Made by a program: the position numbers and the translations under genes. From positions 7,489,310-7,553,309 of the forward strand of contig NC_081395.1 in NCBI RefSeq assembly GCF_030684315.1: a stretch of DNA of 64,000 nucleotides, in the 5' to 3' direction. The notes under the pieces were generated by a model that worked only from the letters and a program-made list of their open reading frames with translations, had not been told where the DNA came from and did no database searches. This DNA is from Stegostoma tigrinum. Lineage: Eukaryota. Positions 24,060-38,959 of this stretch are shown here, in pieces. Positions within the stretch are counted from its first letter, which is position 1. Each line of letters opens with the position of its first letter.

Positions 24060-24925
24060 TCTAACCATAGAAAAACTAAGTACAGAAAGAGGCCATTCAG
24101 CCCAATTGAATAAACAAAGCTCCCATACTAACCCTACATTACAGCCTTTGGCCTGTAGCCTTGTAGGTTACAGAGCTTCAGGGGCAGATCTACATTCCTC
24201 TTAAATGAATTGATGGTTTCCACTTCAACCACCAACTGGACAATGAATTCCAGACAGGTAACTCCCTCTGGAATGTAAAAAGAGTTTCGTCAAGACTCCT
24301 TCAAACCTTATTTGGGATCGCCTTAAATCTGTGCCCCATGGGAATCGACTTTTCCTGTAGGAAAACCCGTTTTCCTTGTGCACTGTCCTCAAACCCCTCA
24401 TTATTTTGTACGGCTCAGTTAAACCACCCATCTGCCTCCTCTGTTCTAAGGAAAACAATTCTAGCCTCTCCAATTTTTCCCTGTAGTTACAATTTTCAAG
24501 CACTGGCGACTTTTTTTATAAATGGGTCATCTTTCACTGAAGCGCAGGAGGTCGAGAGGCGACCTTATGGAAGTTTCTAAAACCATGAGAGGTACAGATA
24601 GAGTTAATGGTAGTTGTCCTTTCCCTAGGTTGGGGGATTTCAAGACCAGGGGGCACATTTTTTAAGGTGAGAGGGCTGAGATTTAAAAAGGACATGAAGG
24701 AGAAAGTTTTTTACACAGAGGGTGGTTCACATGTTCAATGAACTTCCAGAGGAAGTGGTGGATGAGGGTACAATTACAACATTTAAAAGACATTTGGATA
24801 GATACAGGAATAGGTTTGAAGGGTTATGGGGCAGGAGCAGGCAGGTGGGACTAGTTTAGTTTGGGTCTATGATCGGCACAGACTGGTTGAGCCGAAGAAT
24901 CTGTTACCATGCTGTATGACTCCGT
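24060..24925. mobile_element. Two CR1-like 3' fragments in opposite orientation
   Basis: Minus-strand LERLELFSLEQRR peptide (24225-24503) and a plus-strand CR1 3' end (24530-24925). Confidence 0.7.
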
Positions 24926-27679
24926 ATTGCCATGGGACTTTTTACATTTTTCTGAGCGGACTTTGGTTTAATGTCTCATTGAAAGTTGTCACCTCTGACA
25001 GCACAGCACCCCCTCGGTACAACACTGGAACTTACAGCCTTGATTTGTTTCATGGCAAAGCCCTGAAGTAAGACTTGAATCTATGGATTCTGAGTCTAGT
25101 GTGCCCCTAACCTAGCCAGAGCTAACATACACAGAGCTGTCAGTGGAATCTTGCTGTGTAAATCGCCTGCCATGTTTCAGGCATTATGGGTGTGACTACT
25201 CAAAAGCAGTGTCAAGTCTTTACGACATTGTGAAAGGTGCTACAGAAATGCAAGCTGGAAATGGCATCAAGGTCCCCTTGTGAAAGAGTTCAAAGCTGCG
25301 CAGTATCCCTTGGGTTGAGGGTTGAACTGACCTCCAGGTGGCTGCCCTATACAGTCTTTTCTTAACTAGTCTGCCCATATTAACATGGGAGAAGAGCAGA
25401 TTCTCCTTGTATTCTGTTAGCCACATGCCATTCATTGATATTGCTATATTCCCCACGATCAATATCCTGCGAGTCACTATTCACCAGAAACTGAACTGGA
25501 TGAGCTATTTATGAATACTGCAGCCTCAAGGGCAGCCCAGAGGCTAGGAATTCTGCAGTAATTAACTCGCCGCCTGACCCCCACTTCCCCAATAAAAGAA
25601 ATCTTGTCCACCATCGACAGGAGTGTGATGGAGTACGCCCCACTTGCCCAGCTGAGCCCTAACAACACTCCAGAAACTCGACACCATACAGGATGAAGCC
25701 CCCCACTTGATTGGCACCACATTTTAACACCTTCGGTATTTGCTCTCCACAAACATCTTCCAGACTCAGCTGGAATATTGTGTAAAGTTCTGGCTGCTGC
25801 AGGAGATGAAAGCATTGGAGGGAATGCAGAAGAGATTTATAAGAATAATTATGGGGAGATGATGGTCTTGTGGTATTATTGCTGGATTGTTAATCCAGAG
25901 ATCCAGATAATGTTCCAGGGGCCAGAGTTCGAATCCCACCACAGCAGATGGTGGAATTTGAATTCAGTAAAAATCTGGAATTGAGAGTCTAATGATGACC
26001 ATGAATCCACTGTTGATCTTTGGGGAAAAGCCCACCTGGGTTGGCCTACATATGACTCCAGACTCACAGCAATGTCGTTCACTCTTAACTGCCCTCTGGG
26101 CAATTAGGGATGGGGCAGTAAATGCTGCCTGGCCAGTGATGTCCTGTGAATGAATAAAAAAGGGAAGCTTCAATTTTGAGGATTGGTTGGATTGGTTATC
26201 CTTAAGAGAGAAAAAGGTCTAAGAGGAGATAAAAGTTTTCAAACTTACAGGGGGTGCTGGATAGATCAGATAAGGAGAAACATTTGTCATTTGTAAAACA
26301 ATCAAAAACAAGGCGACACATATTTAAAGTGATTTACAAAGGAGGTAGATCTAATTGGTGCTTTTCACAAAAGTGTTACGTCATTGTCCGAGGCCATTCA
26401 ACCCATTGTGTCAGTGCCAGCTCTCCAAACAAGCATCATGACTAAGTGCCATCGAAGATAGGAGCAGGAGTAGGCCGTTCCCTCTCGCTCCCCCTCCCTG
26501 AGCCTGCTGTACCATTCAGTGTGATCAAGGCTCAGCGATGACCTCAATTCCCTAACCCGCCCTCCTCCCACGCCATTCTCCTGCCTTTTTGCCATATCCT
26601 TGTAGCTTATTACTGTTTGCAGAATCGTCCAGAGCCCTCCTCAAAACCTTGATTGAACCTGCCTCCACCAAACTTTGCACGCTGTGCGTACCTTACCCAA
26701 ATGATCCGCCAGGTGGAAATCTTTTTCCCCAGTTATACGTCCCACTTGACAGACTGCAGTCTTGCCAAAGTCAGGAGTTTTGAATGAAGCTATGGATGAG
26801 CCATGATTTGATTGATTAGCAGGACAGGCTGAACAAGCTCACCCAGTCCATGTTATAGAATAGATCTGTAACCCACGTGCATGTCTGGGTTTGACTGTGA
26901 TGCAGTGCTAATATAACTGAACTAGTAATCCAGAAACCCAGGCTAAATGCTTTTGGAGCATTGATTCAAATCCCATACTTGCTAGTAATTTAAATCTAAT
27001 TCATGAAATTTAGAGCTGGAAGTTAGTCTCCATCATGGCAACATTGATTGTCATAAAAACCCATCTCGTTCACTCATGCGTTTTAAGGGAATCTGCCATC
27101 CTTATCCAGCCTCCAGAAGCATAGCTACACACATCAATTGCCTCTTAACTGCCCTCTGAAATGAGCAAGCCACTCATTTCAGGGGGCAATTAGGCACGTG
27201 TGCTGAATGCTGTCCTTGTCCACATGCCATGAAATGCACCTTAAATATTAAAGATGTTGCCTCCTTTAACAGATTCCTGCTGGCTTTGTGATGAACTGTT
27301 TGTATCTGAGTGAGCTGGTCAGAGGCTGGGGATTCTGCAGGATGGCTCCTGAAGCTCAGTGGTCATGTCCCTAATCTAAGTCAGTGGACCCACCCACTCC
27401 ACAGAGATGTGACACCATCTCTTATCAGACTGGTCAGAAATTATCAACCCGATCACTCTGAATGGGGTAGTCAAAAACCTGTGGGTATTCTGCAGCGAGT
27501 TGCTTATTTCCTTACTCCCAGGTCTGTCCAAGGCACAAGTTAGGAGTGTGCTGGAATATTTCCCCCCATTTGTCTGGATGACTGCAGCTCCAACAACACT
27601 CCAGAAACTTGACACCATCCAGGACAAAATGGCTTGTTTACTCAGCACCACATCCACTGCCAATGGCTAGTGATATCGA

Positions 27680-28170
27680 TACAATATCCTGTGCTTTACC
27701 TGTCTTGGGAGCTTTACTGTCAGTTTAAAAGACTAGGGGGAGACCTACTCTGTGTCTAATCCTGTGATATCACGTCCCTAGGAATATCTGATGGGGACAA
27801 TGTAATGGGGGCTTTACTTTCAGTTTACATTGAGTTCAAAAGAGCAGGAGCTTCATTCTGTATCTAACCCTTTTTCCTAACTTGTGAGTGTGTGATGAGG
27901 ACAGTGTGGAGGGAACTTTATTTTCAGTTTTAAAAGGTAGAGAGGGCTTTACTCTGTAACATTGTGCTGACGCTGTCCTAAGAGTGTTTGGTGGGGGAAA
28001 TGTACAGGAGGCTTTACTCTGCTTCTAATCATGTGCTGTCCCTGTCCCCATCAAACACTCCCAGGACAATGTAGAAGAAATGTTACTTTCAGTTTAAAAG
28101 ATTAGAGAGACCTTTTATTTGCATCTTACCCCATGTTGTTGCTGTCCTGGGAGTGTTTGATGGGGATGTA
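27680..28170 (-). repeat. Degenerate ~70-bp tandem repeat (same family as 42170-42680, mostly inverted)
   Basis: Repeated gggagtgtttgatggggac...gctttactctg.atctaacc. Confidence 0.6.
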
Positions 28171-28274
28171 AAGTGGAAAATGGGCCATTCTGACCACCAA
28201 AATCCCCCACTGAGATGAACATAAAAATCAGGTGGCATAAAACACATCCAAAAGAAACAGGTAAGTCAAATTCA

Positions 28275-28280
28275 TTTATT
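28275..28280 (-). terminator. Candidate polyadenylation signal of FAM89B-like gene
   Basis: AATAAA on the minus strand ~1 kb after the stop, at the end of an AU-rich UTR-like stretch. Confidence 0.5.
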
Positions 28281-29269
28281 TATAATTAATGGTTACATGT
28301 CATGTGTTAAAATCATGTACTGTATAACTTAATGTGTCTTGCTACTAAACTGAAAAATAAAGCAATGCTAAATATAAATTATATAAAAGCTGCTGTCTTC
28401 CAACATGGATTTCAGAATTCTAACCATATAACATGAACGTGAGTTTTGTCTCAAAGTGAAAAACATCTCAATTTCGTTGTCAGCAAATTATATTGCCAGC
28501 TACGAGAGATGAACAGGACAGAAATCCAGGATCACAAACTGACTCCTACTTGGGTACAAGTTCCACACACACACGCGGACTCTCACTGGGGTACAGCTCG
28601 CACAAACACACATACACACACACAGTCACTGGGGTACAGCTCGTGCTCACTGATTCTCACTGGGGTACAGACTCCCACACACACTGACTCTCACTGGAGT
28701 TTGAAACCTGATTCTGAACGGACACAGTTTGCCCTGATTTTGGTATGGCCGCAGATATTTTAAAAAAAGTCTATAGCAGACAGCATCAGAATGAAGAAAC
28801 AACCTTTTGCGAAAATTTCCTGAGCAGCAAATTGAGCCAACAGGAGAGTCAAGACCAATGCGAGTTTGTCAGTCCAAATTCGTAATGCACAAGGAGGCCA
28901 TGATTGGCATGGGGCTGTGCGCCCAATCAACGGGGTCAGCTCCAATAGTGACCAGATACGACATTCCTGCCTGTTCTCTCCACCTCCTTCCTCCACTTTA
29001 CCAATCCCCCCCTCTCATCCCTAACCCCACCTGCCCCACTCTAGGATTTGTGAAGTCATGAGGCCATTCCAAGTCCCCCTGACATCCCCACCACAAATGA
29101 AATCTGCTCTCCTTACTTAACGGAGCAGGGTCTCTCAGCTCACCGCCATTTCCACACAGGATGACAATAAAATGTTGACCTTGCTGGTGAACCGCATATC
29201 CCGGGAATGGATATTTTTATAAAAGGAAAGGCAGAACCGGGAAGCAGTGTCACCGAAAGTGCCTGCTGT

Positions 29270-29740
<471 letters not shown>

Positions 29741-30687
29741 TTAGGGAAGAGGGTAGTCAGTCATCCTAATCCGTTGTCTAGCGACCCCAGGGTCAGAGGG
29801 AAGAATTAACCAGGGTTCATCTGCAACCAACCAATGTCCAGTGACCCCAGGGTCGGGGGGGGCAGAGGTAATCAGCCAGGGGTCATCTGCTCCCAATCAG
29901 TATCCAGTGTCCCCAGGGTAAGAGGGGAGAATTAACCAGGGGGTCATCTGCAAACCAATCACTGCCCAGGGTCAGGGGGCAATCAGCTGCAGCTGCTGTT
30001 TCTGATCAGCGTTCAGAGACCCTGGGGTTAGGGAGAGGGAAGGGATACATCAGTCTTGGGGTCCTGCTGATCCAAACTTCACGTCTTTAAACACACCAAT
30101 TAAACTGGCGTCTACGCCATGCATCCCGTGCCTGGGGAGGAAGGGAAGGTATAGCAAGGGCTGGATCATCGAGCAGCTGGGGTGGGGCTGTGAGGCAGGG
30201 GACATTTGGGGGAAAGGCCGTTCAGCCCCTCAAATCTTCTCCACAGAAGGTGCAAGGATGCCTGCCCATGCTATGGAATAGCAGGGCCTTTCGGCCTGAG
30301 TGTTTGGAAGTAGGGGGATGGGAAGCTGTCCGTGGGTATTGTCCCAATTGACAAAACAGTGATTCAGAATGTCCTGTGAGCCAGATGCAAGAACAGGCTG
30401 GACAGCCTGAATAAACAGGAACAGATGTGGCTACAGGTCTCTACGTTTACTGGGCCCTAAACTCAATCCTCGCCCTCCACCAGCAGCTGCTGAATCAAAC
30501 CGAAAGAAACAGAGTGCTCTTTCAGGCAAGCATCAACAACAAAAAAAATTGGGAAGACATAGCTCACACAAGGCCAGGATAGGCGCAGGTTGTTCAGAGC
30601 ACTCCCTGTGCTGAGCTCCGGGCTCCAGGTCAAAATATATATGCACAGGAAAGGAAAACGGTTCAGCAGTAGTTTCTACCTAATCAT

Positions 30688-30967
30688 NNNNNNNNNNNNN
30701 NNNNNNNNNNNNNNNNNNNNNNNNNNNNNNNNNNNNNNNNNNNNNNNNNNNNNNNNNNNNNNNNNNNNNNNNNNNNNNNNNNNNNNNNNNNNNNNNNNNN
30801 NNNNNNNNNNNNNNNNNNNNNNNNNNNNNNNNNNNNNNNNNNNNNNNNNNNNNNNNNNNNNNNNNNNNNNNNNNNNNNNNNNNNNNNNNNNNNNNNNNNN
30901 NNNNNNNNNNNNNNNNNNNNNNNNNNNNNNNNNNNNNNNNNNNNNNNNNNNNNNNNNNNNNNNNNNN
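30688..30967. other. Assembly gap (280 N)
   Basis: Run of N inside the FAM89B intron. Confidence 1.
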
Positions 30968-33674
30968 AGAGTCAGTGTATGTGCAAATGGGGTCCCTGTA
31001 CTAACATCAGTTAAAAATCTGGTAACCAGCTTGTGGGAGCCTGTGTGCAAATTGGCTTCCAAAATAACAAAGAATAGGATACAAAACACAAGCTGACACT
31101 GGCCGTGCAGTACTGAGGGAGTGTTGGGGTCTAGGCCCGAAATGTCAGCTTTCCTGCTCCTGTGATGCTGCTTGGCCTGCTGTGTTCATTCAGCTCTACA
31201 CCTTGTTATCTTAGGCTCTCGGATTAGCCTTTTTACATGTGAGGCATTAAAGTGAACCTTCACCTGCCTTCTCACATGGGCATGTAAGAGGATCCAGAAG
31301 ATGCAGGTGCAGAAGTAGGCCATTCAGCCCATTGGGTCTGCTCCAATGCTTCAAAGATATCCTGGCTGATCATCTTCAACTCCACATTCTTGCCTTTTTT
31401 CCCCCTAACCGGTTAGAAATCCATGTGTCTTAGCCTTGAACCTCCTTAACGACACAGCATTGACAGCCCTCTGCAGTAAAGAATGCCACAGTTTCCCTAC
31501 CTACTGAGAGAAGGAATTCCTCCTCATCTCCACCTTAAAATGTGTGACCCCCCCCAATTCTGAAAATATGCCCTCAGGTTCTGGATGGACCCACCAGAGG
31601 CAACAACAAAGTGTATTATAAGCTGGAGAGGGTTCAAGATGTTGCTGGGAATGGAAGGTTTGAGTTATGAGGAGAGGCTAGATAGGCTGGGACTTTTTTC
31701 ACTGGAATGTAGGAGGCGAAGGAGTGACCTTACAGAGGTTTATAAAATAATAGGGGTTATAGATAAGGAGAATGGCAGTTGTCTTTTCCATAGTGGGGGG
31801 GGGGGGTGGATTTCAAAACAAGGGGACATAATTTTTAAGGTGAGAGGAGAGAGATTTAAACAGGACATGGTGGGGGGGAGGGCAATTTTTTTTACACAGA
31901 GAGTGGATCATGTGCAGAATGAACTTCCAGAGGAAGTGGTCGATGCGGGTACAGTTACAGCGTTTAAAAGTATAAGTTCACGATGAAAAAATGTTTGGAA
32001 CAATATGGGCCAAATGAAGGGAGGTGGGACTGGTTTGATTTGGGATTATGGTCGGCATGGACTGTTGGACCGAAGGGTCTGTTTCCATGCTGTATGACTC
32101 TATAGTGTCTGCATATCTACCCCCGTCAAGCCCCCTTAAAAATCTTGCATGTTTCATCGCCTGTCATTCTTCTAAACTCATTAAAAAAATCCATCCATAA
32201 CCAGGATTAGCCAAGTGAACTTTCTCTGGACTCCTTCCAATGCCTTAAATAAAGCGACCAAAACTGGTAATTGCACAGCATTCCAGCTGTAGTCTGCCCA
32301 GTTTTAGTAAGCCCTCCCTGCTTTTATACTCCATTCCCTTTGAAATAAACACCAATATTCCATCTGCCTTCCCTATTAGCTCGGAATTTGAATGCTAGCT
32401 TTTGTATAATTCATTACAAGGACACTCAAATCCCACAGTGCTGCAGCATTCTGCAGCCTTTTTTGCATTTAAATCATATCCAGCTCGTTTTCCTGCTAAA
32501 GTAAATAGCCTCAAACGTTCCCACATACCTGCCAAGTTATTATCTGTTCACTTAGCCTGAAGATATCCACAAGACCACAAGATATAGGAGAATTAGGCCA
32601 TTCAGTCCAATGGGTCTGCTCTGCCACGCAATCATGGCTCCTATGCTTCTCAACGCCATTCTCCTGCCTTTTCCCCATGAGCCTAGAGTTCCTTACCAAT
32701 CAAGAACCTACCTGTCTCTGTCTTAAATCCCTTCAATGGCTTGGCCTCCACAGCTCTCTGCTGCATTGAGTTCCACCCTCCGGCTGAAGAAATTCTTCCT
32801 CATCTCCATTCTAGAGGGTTGTCCCTTCACTCTGAGGCTGTGTCCTCGGGTCCTAGTCTCTTCTCTTGGTGGAGGTACCTTCTCTGCATCATTCTATCAA
32901 GGGGACTTAGTATTCTGCAAGTTTCAGTTAGATCACGGGGGAGGCAATGGCCTAGTGGTATTATCACTGGACTGTTAATCCAGAGGCCCCCGTAACGTTC
33001 AGTGGACCTGGGTTCGAATCCTGCTGAGGGAGATGGTGGGGTTTGAATTCAATAAGTATCTGGAATTACCATTCTAACAATGACTGTGAATGCATTGTCA
33101 ATTGTTGGATGCCCTTTCGGCGAAGGAAACTGCCATCCTTACATGATCTGGGCCTACATGTGACTCCAGACCCACAGCAATATGGTTGACTCTTCACTGC
33201 CCTCAGGGCAATTAGGGATGGGGCAATAAATGCTGCCTGGCCAGCGACATCCTCATCCAGTGAATGAATGAAGACCTGCCTCCGTCACAGTCTCTGGCAA
33301 CATGTCTCAGACCCTATCCACTCGCGGCGTGAAAAAAAAATATACTCCTCGTCTTACTTTTGCTTCATTTACTAATTACCGGAAGTCCACACCCTCTCAT
33401 TCTCAATCCTTTGACCAGTGGGAATAGTTCCTCCCCGTCTACCCTGCCTGAGACCCCTCAGAGTTTTGAAAACTTCTGGCAAATCACCTCTTTCTCCAAG
33501 GATGGCATCCCCAATTTATCCATGTGACCAACATTCCTCATCCCTGGATCCATCCTCTAAATTTGACAGCAGTGCAGCACTCCCTTCAATACCACTAACA
33601 AAGAATCACAGGTCTAGATTGTGTGGGCAAGCACCCTGAAGACATAAGACAGTAATAACTCTGGACCGCTAAAG

Positions 33675-34165
33675 GAAAGATGTTATTAAACTTGAAAGAG
33701 CGCAGAAAAGATTTACGAGGATGTTGCCTGGGGTTGGAGGGTTTAAGCTCTAGGGAGAGGCTGAATAAACTGCGGCTATTCTCCCTCGCGTGTCGGAGGC
33801 TGAGGGATGACCTTATAGAGGTTTATAAAATCTTGAGTGGAATGGATAGGGTGAATAGACAAGGTCTTTTCCCCAGGGTAGGGGAGCCCAAAACTAGAGG
33901 GGCATAGGTTTAAGGCGAGAGGGGAAAGATTTAAAAGGGACCTGCGGGGCAACTTTTTCACACAGAGGGTGGTGCGTGTATGGAACGAGCTGCCAGAGGA
34001 AGTGGTGGGGGCTGGTACAATGACAACATTTAAAAGGCATCTGGATGGGGACATGAAGAGGAAGGGTTTAGAGGGATATGGGCTAAATGCTGGCAAATGG
34101 GAGTACATTAATTGAGGATATCTGGTCAGCATGGATGAGTTGGACCAAATGGTCTGTTTCTGTAA
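33675..34165 (+). mobile_element. CR1-like LINE 3' fragment
   Basis: GLEGLSSRERLNKLRLFSL...DLIEVYKI plus the conserved 3' region; further copies at ~31630-32100, 34870-35530, 35520-36150 (-) and 37450-37850 (-). Confidence 0.8.
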
Positions 34166-34494
34166 TCCAGGAGTTCGGGCTAATATTCACTGGGTCATGG
34201 GTTCGAATCCTGCCACGGCAGATGGGGATATTTTAATTCAATTTTTACCTCAATGAATGTTTTTAAGGCAATGATGGATTAAGGGTTTTGGAGAGCAGGC
34301 AGGTAAGTGGAGCAGAGTCCACGAAAAGATCAGCCATGATCTTACTGAATGACAGAACAAGCTTGAGGGGCCGAATGGCTGCTCCTGGTCTCATTTCTTA
34401 TGAATAGGTTCAATGCCCCAGAAGGCGAGGGCGAGATACCAAAGACGCGTATGTGTGGGGGTTAGGTGCTCGCTAGACAATCAGCTACAAAGAG

Positions 34495-34607
34495 ATAACA
34501 AGATGTAGAACTGGATGAACACAGCAGGCCAAACATCAGAGGAGCAGGAAGGCTGACGTTTCGGGCCTAGACCCTTCTTCAGAAGAAAGTCTGCAGTTAC
34601 TACTATC
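34495..34607 (-). mobile_element. Family A short element with hammerhead core and 14-bp TSD
   Basis: Minus strand CTGAAGA-A-GGGTCTAGGCCC-GAAA-CGTC (34582-34555); tcagctacaaagag at 34481-34494 and 34608-34621. Confidence 0.7.
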
Positions 34608-36353
34608 TCAGCTACAAAGAGAGTTTGGATGGACTGTTATTGTTTTCCATGGAGCAGAGGAGACTGGTGGAGGATGACATGTGACTGAGATGTTTAAAAA
34701 TAAGAGGAGAATAGACAGGGTAGGCAGAGAGGAACGACCCCCTTTGATGGAGGGATCAAGGACCATCGATTTAAGCTAAAGGGCAGGAGGTTTTGAGGGG
34801 AATGTGAGGGAAAGTGTATTCACTCAAAGGATGGTGGCAATCTAAAACACAACTTGAGACAGGAACATGGAGGCAGCTCTAAGATTACAAAGAGATCTTG
34901 ATCAATTGGGTCATTGGGCTGAGGGGTGGCAGATGGGGTTTTAATTGAATAAATGAGAGGTATTGCAGTTTGGCAAAACAAACAAATTTAATGTTGGGGC
35001 CGTGGGTAGTGTTGTAGAACAGAGAGACCTAGGGGTTCAGGATACATAATTCTTAGAAATTTGCATCACCGGTAGGGAGAGTTCAGAAGACATTTAGCAA
35101 GCTTGCCTTCGTTGCTCAGACCTTTGAGTATAGGAGTTGGAACATCATCAGTTATTGGCTGGATATGTTGGGACTTCCTTCGCTGAAGCCAAAGAAGTTG
35201 AGGGGGTGAACTTAGAGGTCTATAAAATCATGGGGGGTGGGGGGGACAGATAAAGGTGAATAACAAAGGTCTTTTCTGTAGGGTTGAGAAGTTCAAAATT
35301 AGGGAGGATATTTTTAAGATGAGAAGAGAAAGTTTTAAAAAGGGGGCAACTTTTTTTTACATACAGAGTAGTTCATATGCGGAATGAACTTCTAGAGGAA
35401 GTGTAGGTACCGTCACAAATGTTCAAAAGATATTTGGAATAAGTATGCAAATAGGTTTGGAGGGATATGGACCAGGAGCAGGCAGGAGGGACTAGTTTAG
35501 TTTGAATATATGGTCAGCATGGAGTAGAATCATAGAGATTTAGAGAATGGAAAAAGACACTTCACCCAATTTGTCCATGTCGAACATGTTTCCTAAATTA
35601 ATCTAGTCCCATTTGTCAGCATTTGGCCCATATCCCTCTAGACCCTTCCAATGCATATATCCATCCAGATGCCTTTTACATGTTGTAATTTACCAGTCTC
35701 CACCACTTCCTCTGGCAGCTCATTCCATATACGCACCATCCTCTGCATGAAAAAGTTGCCTCTTAGCTCCTTTTTAGATCTTTCCCCTCTCACCTTAAAC
35801 TTATGACCCTCTAGTTTTGGACTATTCACCCCGTCCATGATCCTCATGATTTCATAAACTTCTACAAAATCAGCCCTCAGCCTCCGACGCTCCAGAGAAA
35901 AAAGCCCTGTGAAAAAAGCTCCACACTGCGCTATCCCAGCTACTCAGCCTCTCCCTGTATCCCCAACCCTGGCAACATCCTTGTAAATCTTTTCTGAGCC
36001 CTTTCAAGTCTCACAACATCCTCCCTGCAGCAGGGAGACCAGAATTGAAGGCAGGATTCCAAAAGTGGCCTTAACCAATGTCCTGGACAGCCGCAACATG
36101 ACCCTCCCAGCCCTCCTACTCTATGCACTGACCAATAAAGGACAAGACTGAGTTGGGATCCAAGGGTCTGTTTCCATACTGAATGATTCTGGACACCTTT
36201 GCAAGACCAAGGCATTCAGGGCTTGGGATCAAAGTGGTTGGTTTTGACCAGCACGGGGCTCGATGGGCCAAAGGGTCTGTCCCAGTACTCCACTACTTTT
36301 TGCTGATGGGTGGCACGGGAAGAGAAGGGAAGAGGAGTGCTGTCTTGGCTTAC

Positions 36354-36602
36354 CATCTCCTTCCGTAACAACGCCAGGGCCGCGTCTAGATTGGCCGGCT
36401 TGTTCCTTAGTAAGTTCTCGGTGGCCAGGCGGGGCCGGCTCAGCTCGTCCTGGATCATGGTCTTCTTGGCGTACAGCCTCTCCACGTCCCTCCACGACCC
36501 CCCGCTGGAATTGAGGATACCGCTCAGACCCTTGGGCAACGGTGGGAGCCCCTCGATGCCAGAGACTAGGCTCCCGGAGGGCTCGTCCTGCACCCCGTTC
36601 AT
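36354..36602 (-). CDS. FAM89B: FAM89 family protein (FAM89B/LRAP25-like), exon 1
   Basis: MNG...GLPPLPKGLSGILNSSGGSWRDVERLY...IQDEL...NLDAALALLRKEM; donor ATG|GTAAGC. The position just downstream of ZNRD2 favours FAM89B over FAM89A. Confidence 0.88.
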
Positions 36603-38539
36603 ACCCTCTGTTCCCTGCTCTGGTCTGCCTAGCTCATGCAGAGCACGGCTGTCTCAGTCAAAGTTTCCTCTCTCTCTCTCCCACTCCCTCCTCCAGGAAA
36701 CGCTACAACTAATGAAATTGTTAAAAAGTGCAACTTGGAACCAGTTTTGCAAACACTCTCTCTGTCTCTTTGCTTTAAAAAATAAGCTTTCCTTTCTAAT
36801 TTTAAAAGCTAAACCTCTCTCTTTCTCTTACAGGCGCGCACACTACAAATCCTCCTCCCTGGGATTTCCTGTTTAAAAAGATCCGGTTTCTGTGCAGATT
36901 CTATTCTTTGGCTTACCACCACGCCCTGAAAGCGTGAGGGCATTGCTGTTTCCTTTGCAAACTTGTTGATTTTGTTTCCGACGTTTCTCTCCGCCCCCCT
37001 CCAAAAAAATAAACAACGCCTCTCCAAATCCCAAACCAAAAATCTCAAACTATTTCCGCACTTGAGTTTTGTTTTCTCTCCCCCCCCCCCGCCGCGAGGA
37101 TTAAAAAAAGGTTGTTTTTAAATTCCACTGGTAACTGATCTCGTTTTTACCTGTGGAGATTTCTGCAGGATATTTACTGTCCTCTCACTGTGTCTTTTAA
37201 AGGTTGCTAATTTCTGAGAGTAATTACTGTCCTCTCACACGCCCTCTCTCTCTTTTCTGATTTTTCTGGAGAAGGGTCCAGACCCGAAAGGTCAGCCTTC
37301 CTGCTCCTCTGATGCTGCTTGGCCTGCTGTCTTCATCCAGCTCTACACCTTGTTATCTCTCCCTCTCTCTTTCACAGCGTTTATGTTTCTGAGGCAGTGC
37401 AAATGAAGACATCATGCACAGCAAGATCCCACAAAGCAGGGGATAAATAGTCATGGAGTCACATAGAGATGTGCACAGCTCAGAAACAGACCCTTCGGTC
37501 CAGCACGCCCATCCCGACCAGATATCCAAAATAAACCTAATCCCATTTGCCAGCATTTGGCCCATATCCCTCTAAATCCTTCCTTTTCTCTTAAATGCTG
37601 TAACTGTACCAGCCTCCACCACTTCCTCTGGCAGCTCATTCCATACACGCACCGCCCTCTGTGTGAGAAACGTACCCCTTAGGTCCTTTGTAAATCTTTC
37701 CCTTCTCACCCTAACCTATGCCCCTCTAACTTTGGACTCCCCTACCCTGGGGAAAAGACCTTGTCTATCCATGTCCCTCATGTTTTTATAAACCTCTATA
37801 AGGTCACCCCCCTCAGCCTCTGACACTCCAGGGACAACAGCACCAGTCTATTTGATTGGGAGAAATCAGACATTAACATTTCAGGTCCAGTGAACCTTTT
37901 CTCACAACTCAGAAAGGGTCACCAGACTTGAAATGTTAACTCTGATTTCTCTCCACAGATGTTGCTGGACCTGTTGAGCTTTTCCAGCAATTTCTGCTGT
38001 TTCTGATTCCCAGCATCCGCAGTTCTTTATGTTCATTGGAAATTAGAAGAATGGGGGGGTGATCTTATAGAAACATATGAAGTTTTGAAGGGATTAGATA
38101 AAATAGAAGCAGGGAGGTTGTTTCCACTAGCTGGTGAAACTAGATCCACAGGGCATAGCCTGAAAATAAGGGGGAGCAGATTTAGGACTGAGTTGAGGTG
38201 GAACTTCTTCACCTAAAGGGTTGTGAATCTGGAGAATTGCCTGCCCAGTAAAGCACTTGAAGCACTCATTGAATGTTTTAAGGCAAAAGAAGATGGGAGT
38301 TTTGATGAGTAAAGGAGCTAAGGGTTACAGTGAGCGGGTGGGTAAGTGGAGCTGAGTCCACAAAACAATCAGCCATGATTTTATTGAATGCAGAGCAGGC
38401 GCCAGATGGCCTGCTCCTGCTTCTAGCTCTTATGGTCTTGTGTAGCGAGGAGTGGAGTTGAAGGAACACAGCGGGCCAGGCAGCATCAGAAGAGCAGGGA
38501 AGCTGACGTTTCGGGTCGGGACCCTTCTTCAGAAACCCT

Positions 38540-38812
38540 TCTCAGTGGTTAGCACTGCTGCCTCACAGTACCAGGGACCTGAGTTCGATCCCAGCCTCGG
38601 GCGACTGTGTGGAGTTTGCACATTCTCCCTGTGTCTGCGTGGGTTTCCTCCCACAGTCCAAAGATGTGCAGGTTGGGGTGGATTGATCATAGTGTCCAGG
38701 GCTGTCCAAACTAGGCGAGTTAGCCAGGGGAAATGCAGGGATGAGTGGGACAACCCTCAGTGTTGACTCAATGGGCTGAATGGTGTCTTTTGTCACACTG
38801 TAGGGATTCTAA
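38540..38812 (+). mobile_element. HE1/V-SINE-like element
   Basis: ctcagtggttagcactgctgcctcacag...gttcgatcc...tgtggagtttgcacattctccc. Confidence 0.75.
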
Positions 38813-38959
38813 GAGCATTTGAAAGGTGCTTTTACCCCTCTAGAGGGGCCAGATGAAGGGCTGAAGATCAATGCCTCATCCAAAAGACAGCGCCTCTAAT
38901 ACAGTAGCAATCCTCTGACTCTTCCCCCTTCTGTAACTGACTGATTTCACTAATACAGA

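Noticed and set aside
29750-30040. Degenerate ~50-bp repeats with CCAAT-like motifs in the FAM89B intron
   Set aside because: Low-copy decayed minisatellite with no CpG island or other promoter evidence.
30590-31096. ORFs spanning the N run
   Set aside because: Created by the assembly gap.
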